Shown here: positions 24,011-37,020 of the stretch, one piece after another
Position numbering within the stretch: position 1 is the first letter of the stretch
Layout: the number at the start of each line of letters is the position of its first letter
Assembly: GCA_030704615.1 (NCBI GenBank)
Contig: CM060732.1
Span: 34,038,001-34,102,000 of the forward strand
DNA length: 64,000 nucleotides
From: Takakia lepidozioides
Lineage: Eukaryota > Plantae > Bryophyta
Direction: 5' to 3'
Notes under the pieces: generated by a model
Seen by the model: the letters and a program-made list of their open reading frames with translations, nothing else
What the model was told of the DNA's origin: nothing
Database searches by the model: none
Translations under genes and position numbers: made by a program

Positions 24011-26936
24011 CTAGAAACCCTCGTCGCACTCCACACAATACGCATACACAGTGTGACCCGCAGTCGTATTTCTGCCAAAATAACTAGGGTTCACACCAGA
24101 TCCGACATACGCACAACTTCGATCCAAGGAAAACCCCCCAAACACCGTCCCTTCCGTGGTCGCATTCCACAGAAACATGCCGGTTTCTGCATCGAGCCCA
24201 TACACACCCCCGGCAGGCCCTCCACTGCCAACGAATACCACGCCATCACTCACACTCACCGGTCCATGCGCCGGATATCCACCGGGCACTGCAGTCGTCC
24301 AAAGGATGTCGCCCGTCGACGCGTTCACGCCTACCCAAGCGCCACCGGTAGTAATTTCCGTCGACGGGTACAATGTGTAGTTCAACCCATTGCTGTTCAA
24401 TATGTTGACGTAGATCCGCACTCCGTCCGTTGCCGAGCCCCACGTGGCTCCCCCGGGCGTTGCCCCAGGCCCTGCCAGCTGCACAATTGGAACCCACAAT
24501 TTGGGACAAATGGACGCAAATTGGGACACACTGATAATCAAACAAATGGGGGGCCATAGTTGGGACAACTTACGGTGGCCCACAGGACCTCGCCGGAGTC
24601 CCGATCGAGGGCCCAAACGACGCCGCTCTTCTGCGCGACGGCCGCGATGTCACGAGCCGTGCCGTTACGATCCATGACCCGGAGAAGCATCGGGCACTCG
24701 CCGAAATCGTAGTCCTTCCCGGCGATGGGCGGACAGTACGGGTTGCCCTTTTGCTTGCACGCGTTGTTGTACGTATCAAAATCGCCCAGGTGGGTGACCC
24801 AGATCACATCGCCCGTCTCGAGATGGAGGGCCATGACCGAGTTCTGGTGATCGTAGGGTTTGATGCAGGGGTCGGGTTCCGGCGGGTTGGACATGTTCCG
24901 GCGAGCTTCCTCGCAGGCGTTGATGGCGGCGGGGACTGTGTAGTCGTTGCCCGTCGCGATGAGGACGAGCTTGCGATCCCTGTCGATGGCGGGGCTGCTG
25001 CCCCACAGCGCTGCTCCCGAGTACTGCTCCGTGCTGCCGTTGTTGGGGGGAAGCATGAGCGTCTTCCACAGTTGCTTGCCTGTTCGGAGGTCCAGCTTTT
25101 GCATGCTGCCCTGGAAGGTGCAGCAGTTGTTCGCGTATTGGCTCTCCTCCTTGGAGGACACTCCCACGTAGAACGCCCTATGAGGACATGAAGTTGAGTC
25201 AATTCGCAAGTTTCAGATTTGGTTTTTCTTTTCAAAACTGCAAGGGTCTAGCGATTAGCTGTAGGCTGAACTAACCGAAATGACGGGGATGTAAGTGAGA
25301 TGGAGGTGAGAATTAGGCTTGCTCCATCTGAATGACCATTCGAGATTCGCTTCCGCGGATCTCAATTGTTCTCTCTCTCTCTGTAAATTCACTGGACGTT
25401 AAAGAAACTTTATCTTTTATCTTATCTCTGGGGTGGGGTCTAGTGTGGCCACAAGGCTATACTCAACCCACCTCTCTCTGTCTCTCTGTAAACCAAGCAA
25501 AAACGTGCATCACAACAGCTATGCCACACGATCAGCTGGATATCGATATACTGGAGAACGAGTTGATAAAAAACATGACTTGCACACTGCCATCCTCTCA
25601 ACCACCAAGAGATGGTCAGGAGAATTACGCGTTGAACCTTGACGGTGATTTGTGTGCGTTAGCATTTTACTTATTACCCGCGATATTCCTGACTTAACCA
25701 CATCTCTTTTCATCTGTACTGCGTGCTTACCCGTGTACAATACATATATATTTTGTCGAGAGCTTCCAGGCTCTGGTCCATGGGCTTTGCGCATCATACA
25801 AATTCCGTAGCAATGGACCCCGTCTCTCCTAGTATATAAGCACCTTGCAATTCCCGCGAGATCGCTAATCTCGGCTCGAGCTATAAACTAGCTTGCAAGT
25901 TTCCAAAATTTGGCTGTTACACGTTCGTGTGAGGTGGCTTACCCACTGAAGGCAGTCCCACCCATTGTTATCTGTGCCGCCGGGTTTTCGTCCAGCGTCT
26001 GCTGCCAAGCCAAAGATCCGTTTCCTCGATGAAGGGCAACAACAACTCCCGGACTATAGATCCCAAGGAGCAAAAGATCACCTGCTATTGTGGGTGTAGG
26101 TCGTACAAAACTGCCACTCAAGCCTGTGATCAGCGACACATTTTGTGTCCAAATGATATCCCCTGTAGAGGCACATACTGCGTATACATTGCCATCGGTC
26201 CAAGTTGGAAAGTAAAGGACACCATCTGCTACGGAAGGTGTGGCTGTGATCTCGTTTGAAGCGTTCAAGCTCCATTTCAAAGCGAGAGTAGAGATGCTCG
26301 TGCGAGTGATTCTGCTTCCGGGAACAGCCTCCCGTCGATTCCAAATACCTCCTCCATGATTATCCCACTGGACCAGATTCATTCCCCAGCTCCCAAGTTA
26401 GCTCCTAGAATCACTTGGACTGATTGATTCAATCTTCTACCGTCAAGGAGTTCGAACAAATTCAGATTGTAAAGGACTAATTGATGACCAAGACAAGTTT
26501 GGACAATGTAGATGTACGGTCCGCTACTATTTCCTTCTCCTGTCAATGCTACCGTGATAAGATATCCATGGATCCCATACATACATACAACTACAGTAGT
26601 TGCTTTCTGGAGCTGTCAGGTTTAACATCATCCTCGTGTATTGGATATGATCAGTGAACACCGGCCTATCTTCTCGAGATCCATCAAAATCGGTGTTAGG
26701 TACTGCGCCCATGTTACTCAATATCTGTCGTAACATTTAAATTATGTTAGGTACCAGTATGGACCGAGCGATGGAACAACAAAGACACCTGGGCATTCTC
26801 TTAAAATGATCCCATGGACGAGGAGTACCTGAGCGGAGGTGAAGGGCGCAGTCGACGAAAGACAGAACACTACAAGTACTGTTGTCCACAGCTGCGCGGA
26901 CTGACGGCCCTTGGACGTTGCACTCAAAGCCTGCAT
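24011..26936 (-). CDS. Secreted quinoprotein (PQQ-type) beta-propeller, polyvinyl-alcohol-dehydrogenase-like; exons 26936-26829, 26367-25943, 25177-24574, 24478-24011
   Basis: Signal-peptide-like exon 1; WDNHGG, ITATPSVADG, CCTFQGS, YSGAALWGSSPAID, DYDFGECPML, AQKSGVVWALDRDSG, WGSATDG; splice phases consistent, no internal stops. Confidence 0.88.
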
Positions 26937-28111
26937 GTTTCAACCTACTTGCCCTCTGCACCAAAGAAGTTCAATAGTGAAGGTCGCTGAGACTAGCTGC
27001 ATTCGAATCAAGTTTTCCAGCCACTGCGTCGCCCAAGCTACAGGTAAAGACGTCCCTGCGTGACTCGAACGAGCGAGGCAGACTAGCTTGTACCATAGAT
27101 ACGTCAATTGCTCATTCGCCAACGTGTGGACATGCAGAGTCTAAAGTTTCCGGCCTTAGAAAGGTTGAAAACCTCTGTAGCATGGGTTTGATTCCAAAGA
27201 CAGCTGGAGTCGTGTTTGTAGTTGTTCACGGGCTATCAAGCAAACAAAGTGCAAGACGTCATCACACTTGGAACTTCGAGGGCTACCCTAATTCATTATC
27301 GATCTCCGAAATGCTCCGAGAGATCCTTATCCAGAGGACACATAAGCCAGGCTCCATGGCAAGTCTTTGCACTGAATGTCTACAGGTGCACAGCCTTTTA
27401 TGTCATGATTTTGGCGTCTTCGCAGCTGGTCAGTTTCAATTCTTCGGACATTCCTCTTTTTCGATGGAGTGACCGGGCAACTTAGTTGACTTTCCCGCTT
27501 ACCTGTCATTGGTATGGTATGAGGTGCAAAAACAGTTTGTCAGTTATGAATTCAACATCGCTTGGGCGGCGGCCGCAGTATCTGCATCATACGCAAACTC
27601 TCCCACGCATTGCGACGTGCAGAAGCGATATGCACGAGGAAACTTCCGTGTTGGCCAACAGGTGAGGAGGCAACAGAACTAGTCCGTTGCCTCCTCACCC
27701 ACAAGAGTCGGGTGATGGTACTTGCTCTACAAATGTGGGTTTCAAGACTTCTGAAACCATTTGGTTGAGACTTGAGACATCAAAGGTTGTTCATCAAAAT
27801 GTGTTCATTATGTGGGTTGATAGGCCAGTACCCACAAGGCCTGCAATGCTCTTCTTGATAGAATGGAAAGAGCCCCTTATTCTATCTATTCTAATCTATC
27901 ACTGTATTCTCTACTTATGGTCCTATTTGTTTTCGAGGCCCTAGTGGGAGCCCACTCAGTAGTAACTAAAGTACGTATGTATATTAAAAAAAAAAATGTA
28001 TGACGCCTCCCCAAAGTAGCGTAACTTATGGTGTCTCTTCACAACAAGGGCTACTGCCTTCTAGCTGAAAGGTGGATACCTTCATGACACACCAGACCGT
28101 GGTTTGAACCC

Positions 28112-28357
28112 ACAACCACATCAAACGTGGTATGGCCCATTACCACCGGGCTACATGTGGGCACCTCCTTATATAGCCTCTCATCTCCCTGTCCACCTCC
28201 TTTTCCACCCTCCCCTCCACATCATTTCTCACTTGCTGCCTTTCTTTGAAATGAAACTTGGGCTAATTGAGTTTACCGTCCCTATTATGTGCCCACATTG
28301 GACAACTAGCATGTAGCCCAGCGGTAATGGGCACATACCTGCGTTGGATGTGGTTGT
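28112..28357. mobile_element. MITE-like element with ~45-bp terminal inverted repeats
   Basis: ACAACCACATC.AACG.GGTATG.GCCCATTACC.C.GGGCTACATG and its reverse complement. Confidence 0.65.
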
Positions 28358-30479
28358 CAGTTGTATCAAATAACAGTAAAACAGGTTGAAATTTCATAAC
28401 GTAACAATTAGAAATTTAACCCTCAAGTTCCCAAGCCCTTTTTTGACTTTTTACCAATTTTGGGTACCCAGCTGCAGTAAATTGCTAGAAACCTACCAAA
28501 AATCATCGATTCCAACCTTATAGCAGTGGGCCCAGCTCATTTATGCATGACATACCAAAAACTGACCCAAGTCCACCGTGGAAATTGCGAGATTATAACG
28601 TTGGGCTAGACCTCAAATATCAGGTCCCAAAGAAAAAGTGAGAAAAAAATTGGTTTGACCAAATTAAAACCTAGCTTTATCCTATTTTGCTTGCCCCAAG
28701 ACCCACCATTTCCAAATCAATAGTGGAGTGGCTATGACCCCAATAAATTGCAGGTCCAACTGATTTTTTCACCTATGGTTGCTTTGCATGCAATTACATA
28801 GGGGTAGAAATCTCAAAATTGACAAGAGAAAATGTGCCTCCAAATGAAGTACTTTTTTTTTCTACAAATTTTTAAAAGCAAATGGTGGATGTGTGTATGT
28901 AATGCTCACACACCACAAGGTGAAGTGCTTTTTCCAAAATTGCTAATTTTCTGCCAAAAATGGCCTTTGGAGTGCAATCTCTTTTGGGCTTGTTTACATG
29001 CCACGTCAGCGGTCAACAAGCCCTTTTCAGGCCCAAAACGTAAATGAGAGATCTAAGATTTTTTTTTGTAGGTAGTAATTTTTTTTTTAAATTTTTTTTT
29101 ATAATTTTGTTTTTTGCATCATACTCTAGACAAATCCCTTGTCATTACAGCTTCAGGAGTGGGGCCCATCAGATTAGATCTGCAAAAATTAGGTCGAACT
29201 GCAAATTCAAAGTGACCCCATGCAGGTCGCTTGGGAACCTAAGGGTTAACATTTAAATAGGTCCTTCAGATGCAAGATAACATTTAGAGAGAGGGCATAA
29301 AATATGGCGTAATGTCTCTCTGCTGGCAATTTGTCTGCTTAGTAAGATGCAATTCCTTCTCCATGGATAAACACTTTGAAAGAGCATTTTGAAACATTTC
29401 GCTCTCACGGCAAAATCTAGACCAATGTGGAACCTCACATTTAATCCACAAACTTAGCTTCTTGTTGGATTCTCGATCCACCTCATAACAAGACATTGCC
29501 GACACGTACAAACCGATGCTTCCACTCTTCTTCAGACATACGCTCATAGTATCTCAGTAGCAATGAAGGTGTCATCACATAGTGCTTAACCTACTATTCT
29601 ATGTTCCCGTAGACATTCGCAGTACCCTACCAAGTGGTTCTCAAGTTCCCTTGAGGCCCCCCAAACCCTAACAGGTGGCGGTTCGGGTTCTCTTGGCCAT
29701 TTCAATAGTGAATTTGAATACTAGTACCATTTTTATTTTATTATTATTACTTTATTGAATGTAAAAAAAATAAAAAATAAAAAATCGACACCTATTAAAT
29801 GGGGGATTTAGGCCCCAAGTTGGGGTAAGCAGGTGTCACGTGGTGTTTCTAGGGATGACATGTGTCCCATGGCACTCTTCTCGAAAAGTCCCACCGCTTA
29901 AGGGATGGGCAGGCTTCTAGAAGGGCATATAAAGGAGAGCTAGGCTCTCTTCCCCTACCTCTTACTACTTACTACAGTCAAATCTGGATAAATATTACCT
30001 CTTTTTTTGTTATATCATCCTACATGTTATGGTTTTCTTACTCAATAAAAATGTATACTAAGAATGACAAAAAGAGTGTTATTTGTTATTTGTTATTGAA
30101 TACCTACTCTCCTCTTTGTTAAGACACATATGTAATTTTAACCCCTTTACATGACGGTTATTAACTCAAATCCTGGTGTAGCTTAGTGTAACCCCAACTT
30201 TTTAATTCCTAGACCACCCTCTAATGGACAGGGCCCATGCAAACTTGGGGGGCTTTAAAAATTAGGCTAACTCCGGTTGATAGAAATATAAATAAGTTAT
30301 GGACGCGTTGCCAAAGCAAGCCTAAATTATATGGTGTCACTTGATCGCGAAGGGCTACCTACTGCCTTCCAATGACTTGCGGACATCTGGTTTGAACCCA
30401 CTATCACCAGTGCAGCAAAGATGCCTTTATCAGTAGGCCAAATGTTGGTTGTTTGAGAATTGTTTGGTGTCATATATAC

Positions 30480-31050
30480 TAGGGTAGCCTGTGCTGTTGG
30501 CCCAAGTGTCATCTAAGTCCAAGTGCAATCCCCTTACATTCATCCAAGTGCGTCCCCTATGTCGAGGCTCAAATGCGACCTCTAGGATAGCCTAGTGTGC
30601 GGTTGGCCCAAGTGTCCACTGTCATCTAAGCCCAAGTGCAAGATCTCCTATGTATTAAGTCCGTCTCATAGGTTGAGGACCAACTGCGACCTCTAGGGTA
30701 GCCTGTGTTGTTGGCCCATGTGTGAAAAATTGAAATCTAAAAACCAAGTGCAATTTCCTATGTATCCCAATGCGTCTCCTATGTCGAGGCCCATCTAAGC
30801 CCAAGTGCAATCTTCTATGTATCCAAGTGCATCTTCCATGTAAAGGCCCAAGTGTCCACTGTCATCTAAGCCCAAGTGCAATCTCCTATGTATCCCAAGG
30901 CATCTCTCATGTGCGTCTCCCATGTCGAGGCCCATCTAAGCCTAATGTGCAATCTCCTATGTATCCAAGTATGTCTCCCATGTCGAGGCCCGATTAATTT
31001 TTTTCCATGAATTTATCGAGTAATAATATATCCAATGTCATCTAAGTCCA
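30480..31050. repeat. Degenerate tandem array (CATCTAAGCCCAAGTGCAATCTCCTATGTATCCAAGTG... units)
   Basis: Repeated motif visible about 8 times; probably subterminal array of a DNA element extending to the (AT)n at ~31435. Confidence 0.75.
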
Positions 31051-32249
31051 AATGCATTTGTTTTCCACAGAGCCTACGACCAGATTTGAACCGGAGACCT
31101 TTACCTTGATATCTCTCTTATGGAGGCTCCTACCATTGTCCATTTTGCTATATTTTGCGAATTTCCAGTGACCAAAAATACTTGAAATTCAAAAATCTCC
31201 CATGTGAAGGGCCAATCATTGCTCCATGAAAGCACTTGAAATTCCACATCTCCCACACCGTTGGTCCAAAAATCATGAGACCAAGCCGGTGCACCCCTCC
31301 TGATCGAGGGCTTTCCAACGGCACCAAGCACCAGCGTTGGCCCCCCGCGGTTTGGGAGATCTCAACGACGCTACAAACAAAACAAAACAAAACAAAAAAA
31401 CGTCTTGCTTCATATATATATATATATATATATATACACCACATCAAACAATGCCCTTCATGCCAGGACCAGTCTGGTATTAAAAAAAGGATATACCAGT
31501 CCAACACTGGTAAATCCCCCATATATATGTGGTGTATGTGATATTTTTTAATATCAGACTGGTCATGAAGGTTCCCACTCCTTTCAGGCTTGTATAGGTA
31601 CTCATTAAGTACAGAGCTAATTGTACTCTAAACGCCCGCGAATTTTCGATAGTCACGTCGTAATGACGCTGGCTCTCTGGTCCCCATCCGCGCACCTCCC
31701 GAGGGTCCACACGCCTGGCCACACATGTGGGGCCCGCCCCCTCCATGTCCTCATCTATCTCGCCAAAACTCGCTCGCCAGTGCCCTTTCGCCTTTGCATT
31801 TCCTTGCCCGGACCTTGCACGGCTTGTGCCCTCATTTCCCCAGGCGCACATTAGAAAAGGCCTGGGAGTTTTAATGCGAGCCCAAGGGTCGTGCTTGCGT
31901 GGCACCCCCCACGCCCCAGACGCACCCACTTCGCAGCTCCTGCGCGGCTCGTGGTCCCCGCGGCCCGGGACCCCCACCCCCCCATCACCCCCCTCCCTGC
32001 GCCACCCCGTCCCACCCCCTCCACCCCCAGCGCCCCTGGGGCCCGCCCGGCCCCAGCCGTATACATGTATCACATGAATCCGTTTATTCATGTGTTGCAA
32101 TCATCCCATGATGACGGCCGGCCTCACATACCAGGATGTGACACATGGTCATGTATGGCCATAGGGTGATCGCAATCATCATGCTTGCGTGCTTTTCGCG
32201 TCCTGTCCGCACGCACATGGCGGAGCTGACGATTCGAATGTGGCCCCTC

Positions 32250-35200
32250 GCCTGTTTACAAGATCCTTCACAATGGTGGGACGTCGACAAGGTGCGCTTT
32301 CTTCATGTAGGATGTGAAGGAGTCTGAGTGAACTTGGTCTGCTCATATTTTTGTGGTTTGAATTCTATTGAGTGAGGTTAGAATGTCGCTTTGATCCGCA
32401 AAAACTGCTTTTAAGCGTAGGAGATTGTTCTTCTGAGCAGGGCATGAAAGTAGGATGCCCAAGGTCTTCTCCCTAGCATTTGTAAGGTACTTGGGAGGGT
32501 TGAGATGGTCCTCATTAGAGTCCAATGAACTTGTATGAATGTTACTGAAAGCTTACTAGCACTCCTCCATAAAGAACTTGGGAAAATGTTGATGTTGGGG
32601 AGTTTTGGGCATGAAGGTCTACTGCGGAGCATGGAGCAGCGCTGGCATGAGGTTTTTAGAGATCCTTCACTACGGTGGGTCAACCGCAATTGCAAGGTGT
32701 GGCTTTCTAAATTTTGTCCGTGCTGCAAGTGTTGGCTCTTCTGCCATTGTCATGATTAGGTAGTTTCCCTGGTGTTTACGAGGTACTTGTGAGGGTCGGC
32801 TTGGTCTTATATAGGAGGCCATGTTTAAGACTATGGCTACCCAGCTGCACTGTGGTGGTCTCACAGACCAATCTGAGATAACCGGACTACAGACATGAGC
32901 AGCACATACAAGAGGTCCTTTTGGTTGATGGTCGGTTGAATCCTCAATAAAAGCTAGCTACTTTCATGATACAAGGTCAAGGACAATGTCATGAGAGCAA
33001 CTCTTCAAACACATTTCAGCTTGTTGTGCCCTGGTATCAGAGACATCCCTAATATTTTATGTTGAATTCTAGGAGTTATGGTTTGTTGGGTGGATCTATG
33101 GTGGTTTGGTGTGATTTTGACAAGGTACTGCAAATGTGGCAACATGAAAGTATCCAAAAACAGATAACAAAGGCAAGGAGAAGTGTTGGAATGAATATTT
33201 GTTGGACCCCAGTCAATGGTGGGACAATCGAGGCAACAGGTGAGTACCTATTAGACTACAGAGAGAAGCAGACAACAAGATGCATCACAAAGCTTTATTG
33301 GAAATTGTCATCCCCTATCTCTCCCCATCACAAGTTTTGGAGCAATTCAGCCTAGGGACTAGTGTAGGTTGGGGTGTTGGCTAGAACAAACCAGGATGTC
33401 ATTGTCAGCTGCTAGTAGTAAGGCGAGGATCTATAAATTATTGGTGCAGAAGCAGGGATAGCTGAAGGAGCAGGGATGGAGCGTGGGTCCAGATTCATCC
33501 AAGAGGGCAGGATTTCAAGCACAAGATTACTCATGATTCCCTGTGGATCGATAGCTACAAGAAACCTGCATGGGTAGATGGTCAAGTGGAGGCAGAAGCA
33601 GCAGCACAGTTGATCAATCCAGGCACCTCCACTATAGCTTCCGGTAGACGGCCAAGAGGAGTTCACACTGCCTCTTCTGGCACTTCTGGGCATGTGAGGA
33701 TGCTATGTGAGGCTAGGCGACTGAAAGAGGCTCTACAGACTTTATATTAAGGACAAATTCCAGCAGATTCAGTAATTACATCTGTCTCTTGTATAAGTGC
33801 ACCAAGATGAAAGGCCTGGAAGCTGGAAAGCAAGTGCACGCTCGTATTATCCAAAGTGGATTCAAACCCAATGTTATTATAAACAACACCGTGGGCAACA
33901 TGTATGTTAAGTGTGGGAACATCATGGATGCACACCAAGTACAATGATTGCAGGATTTACCAAGCATGGGTGTGGTATGAATGCGTTGGAGACTTATGAG
34001 CAAATGATGCAGGAAGGGGTGAAGCCCAACCATATCACGTTCGTTTGCATTTGCAATGCATGTGCAAGCCTTGCAGCCCTCGAAAAAGGCAAAGAGGTCC
34101 ATGGTGCCATCAGCAAAGCTGGAATGTACCAGATGTCGTTCTGAACACTGCCCTAATGAACATGTATGCTAAATGTGGGAGCATCCAAGATGCAAAGGGA
34201 GTGTTCAATAGTCAACAAAATGTGTGTCCTGGAGTGCTAGGATTGCACGATATGCACGGCATGGGTGTGGGATGGAGGCTTTGGAGACCTATGAGCAAAT
34301 TATGTGGGAAGAGGTGAAGCCCAACCAGGTCACGTTCATTGCGTTTGCAATGCATGTGCGAGCCTGGCAGCCCTGGAAAAAAGCAAACAGGTCCATGCTG
34401 ACATCATGAAAGCTGGAATTCTACCAGGTGTCATTCTGGATACTGCTCTAGTAGACATGTATGCCAAATGTGGGAGGTGCCATCAAAGATGCAAAGGGAG
34501 CCTTTGACAAAATGGCTGAACAAAATGTGGTGTCATTTAGTGCGATGATTGCAGGATATGTCCAACTTGGGTTTGGGATGGAGGCTTTGGAGACCTATGA
34601 GCAGATGATGCGAGAATGGGTGAAGCCCAACCAAGTCACATTTGGTTGCATTTGCAATGCATGTGCAAACCTGGGAGCCCTGGAAAAAGGCAAACAGGTC
34701 CATGCTGACATCATGAAAGCTGGAATTCTACCAGGTGTCATTCCAGACACAACCCTTGTGGACATGTATGCCAAATGCGGTAGCATTGAGGATGCAAATG
34801 GAGTGTTTGACAACATGGCTGAACGAAATGTGGTATCATGGAGTGCAATGATTGCAGGATACGCCCATCATGGGTGTGGGATGGAGGCTTTGGGGACCTA
34901 TGACCGAATGATATGGAAAGGGGTGAAGCCCAACCAGGTCACGTTTGTCTGCGTTTGCAATGTGTGTGCGAGCTTGGTAGCCCTGGAAAAAGGCAAAGAG
35001 GTCCACGCTGACATCTTGAGAACTGGAATTGTATCAAATACGTACCCTTGTGGCCATGTATGTGAAATGTGGGAGCATCGAAGATGTAAAGGGAGTGTTC
35101 AAATGACACTATGGCTGAATGACATTTGGTGTCCTGGAATGCGATGATCATATGATATGCCAAGCATGCGTGCTGGATGGAGACTTTGGGGACCTATGAG

Positions 35201-37020
35201 CAAATGATTTGGGAAGGGGCGAAGCCTGACCAGGTCACATTTGTTTTTGCTTGCAATGCTTGTGCCTGCCTGGCAACTCTCGGAAAGGGCAAAGAAATCC
35301 ATGCTGACATCATGAAAGCTGGAATTGTACCAGGTGTCATTCTGGACACTGTCCTTATGGACATGTATGTTAAATGCGGGAGTGTCAAGGATGCAAAGGG
35401 AGTGTTTGACAAAATGGCTGAACGAAATGTGGTTTCATGGAGTGCAATGATTGCAGAATATGCCCAACATGGTTGTCGTAGGGAAGCCCTGCAACTATTT
35501 GAAGGTATGCAAAAGGAAGGCTTCAAGCCAAATGGTATCACCTTTTTAAGTCTACAAGCATGTAGCCATGGGGGCCTAGTGGATGAAGGCAGACACTACT
35601 TCGATTCTTTGAGTCGAGATCATGGCCTCAATCTTATAGTGGAGCACTTCGGCTACATGGTGGACCTTCTTGGCCGTGCAGGGCTGAAACATTGGAAGCG
35701 GCAACAGTGCACAAGCTTCTTTCTGCAATAAATCCCTATGGAACCAGGATGGACTACTACAATCCTTGGATCCTTGGTCTGGTTGCAAAGATTCAAAGAC
35801 TGGTTGTCGAAGCCCAGGAGAGGCGAAAAAGACACCAGATTATTGATGATGTAACTTTTATTTGAAGTTAATCAAGAGCTTGATGTCAGAGATGGCTAGT
35901 TCTTCCTCATTGTTTCTGAACTTTTCTGTATTGTCAGAGATATTTTTGGCCTGATGGTCAGAGTCAAACAATGCTATATATCCTACCCTAATTGTTTCCA
36001 GCTGACAGGAAGAGAGAAATTATACCGAGTACTGATTGGACCTGTCAAAGATGAGCTTGATACACTACTCAAACCTGAGGACACCCTCATGTTCGTGCCA
36101 CATGAGGTACAATAGTAAATGTATGGTTTGCCTATTAGGGTTCAAGTGAGCTATGAGATGCATGTTGCAACAAGAGAAATAGAGGTTTTGTACGTCGATA
36201 TACCTATGGAGCTGTATTGATGTTCTATGAATCTTCAGGTCCTTATTTTTACAAATGTCTGCAAACAACCATTGTTGGACGAGGATTGATTGTGGTGTAC
36301 TCAGGCCGAGTTGGTGTAAGGCCTTGAGACAACAGGCCTTCATTTCTCCCTAGAGCACGATCTTGTTGTGGGTGGAATAGTGAAGAATATTTATAATTAA
36401 TACTCAGCAGTGTAGACGATGGTCTAATGTTGCCCCCCAAAAACAGCAAGAATGAGAGATCAAACTCATCTTCAAGTAGAGGTGCTAATGTTGCTAAAGG
36501 AGAAAGCAATGTACTCGAAGACATTGTTAAAGGCATTGGTATTACTTAGCAGTCAGATTGTTCATCACTGGCTACATTCTATGGAACATAAGAGCATTCT
36601 GGTAACAATCAAGTTATAGTTACACCGATATAGTGGGCAAAAGTATGAGCACGAAGTTTGGAAATCGATGAAAACCCCTATAAATCTGAGGCCGAGGACT
36701 TCATTAACAAAATGCCAGTCCAACCAAATGTGGTGGTGTGGAAAGCCTTGCTTGGTGCCTGCAAAATTCATGGCAATGTGGAGGTGGCAGAACGAGCGGC
36801 AAAATCTATTGTTACATGGGGTCGACATGATGCTACTACTAATGTGCTGCTATCAAATATCTATGCCGCAGCTGGCAGGTGGGATGATACTACAAAGGTA
36901 AGAACAATGATGAAAATCAGAGGTGTCCGAAAGCAACCAGGTTCCTACTACATGGAGATCGGCAACCGGGTCCACAATTTTGTGGTACCTGACAAACTAC
37001 ATCCAGAACTACCCAGCAAT
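32250..37020 (+). pseudogene. PDF-motif (OSB-like) / PLS-E+ PPR fusion gene, frameshifted and interrupted at ~35684-36687
   Basis: DPSQWWD, YLLDPSQWWDNRGNR, IHPRGQDFKHKITHDSLWIDSYKKPAWVDGQ in frame with LCEARRLKEAL then PLS repeats, ACSHGGLVDEG, MVDLLGRAG, E/E+ domain and PG box; DYW not present. Confidence 0.85.

Noticed and set aside
29253-29560. Minus-strand ORF fragments of 61-87 aa
   Set aside because: No recognisable domain; multiple stops
29889-29900. GTCCCACC as an snRNA USE
   Set aside because: 3' half of the consensus missing and no snRNA downstream
31480-32170. Several 70-206 aa ORFs
   Set aside because: By-products of the GC-rich MULE TIR
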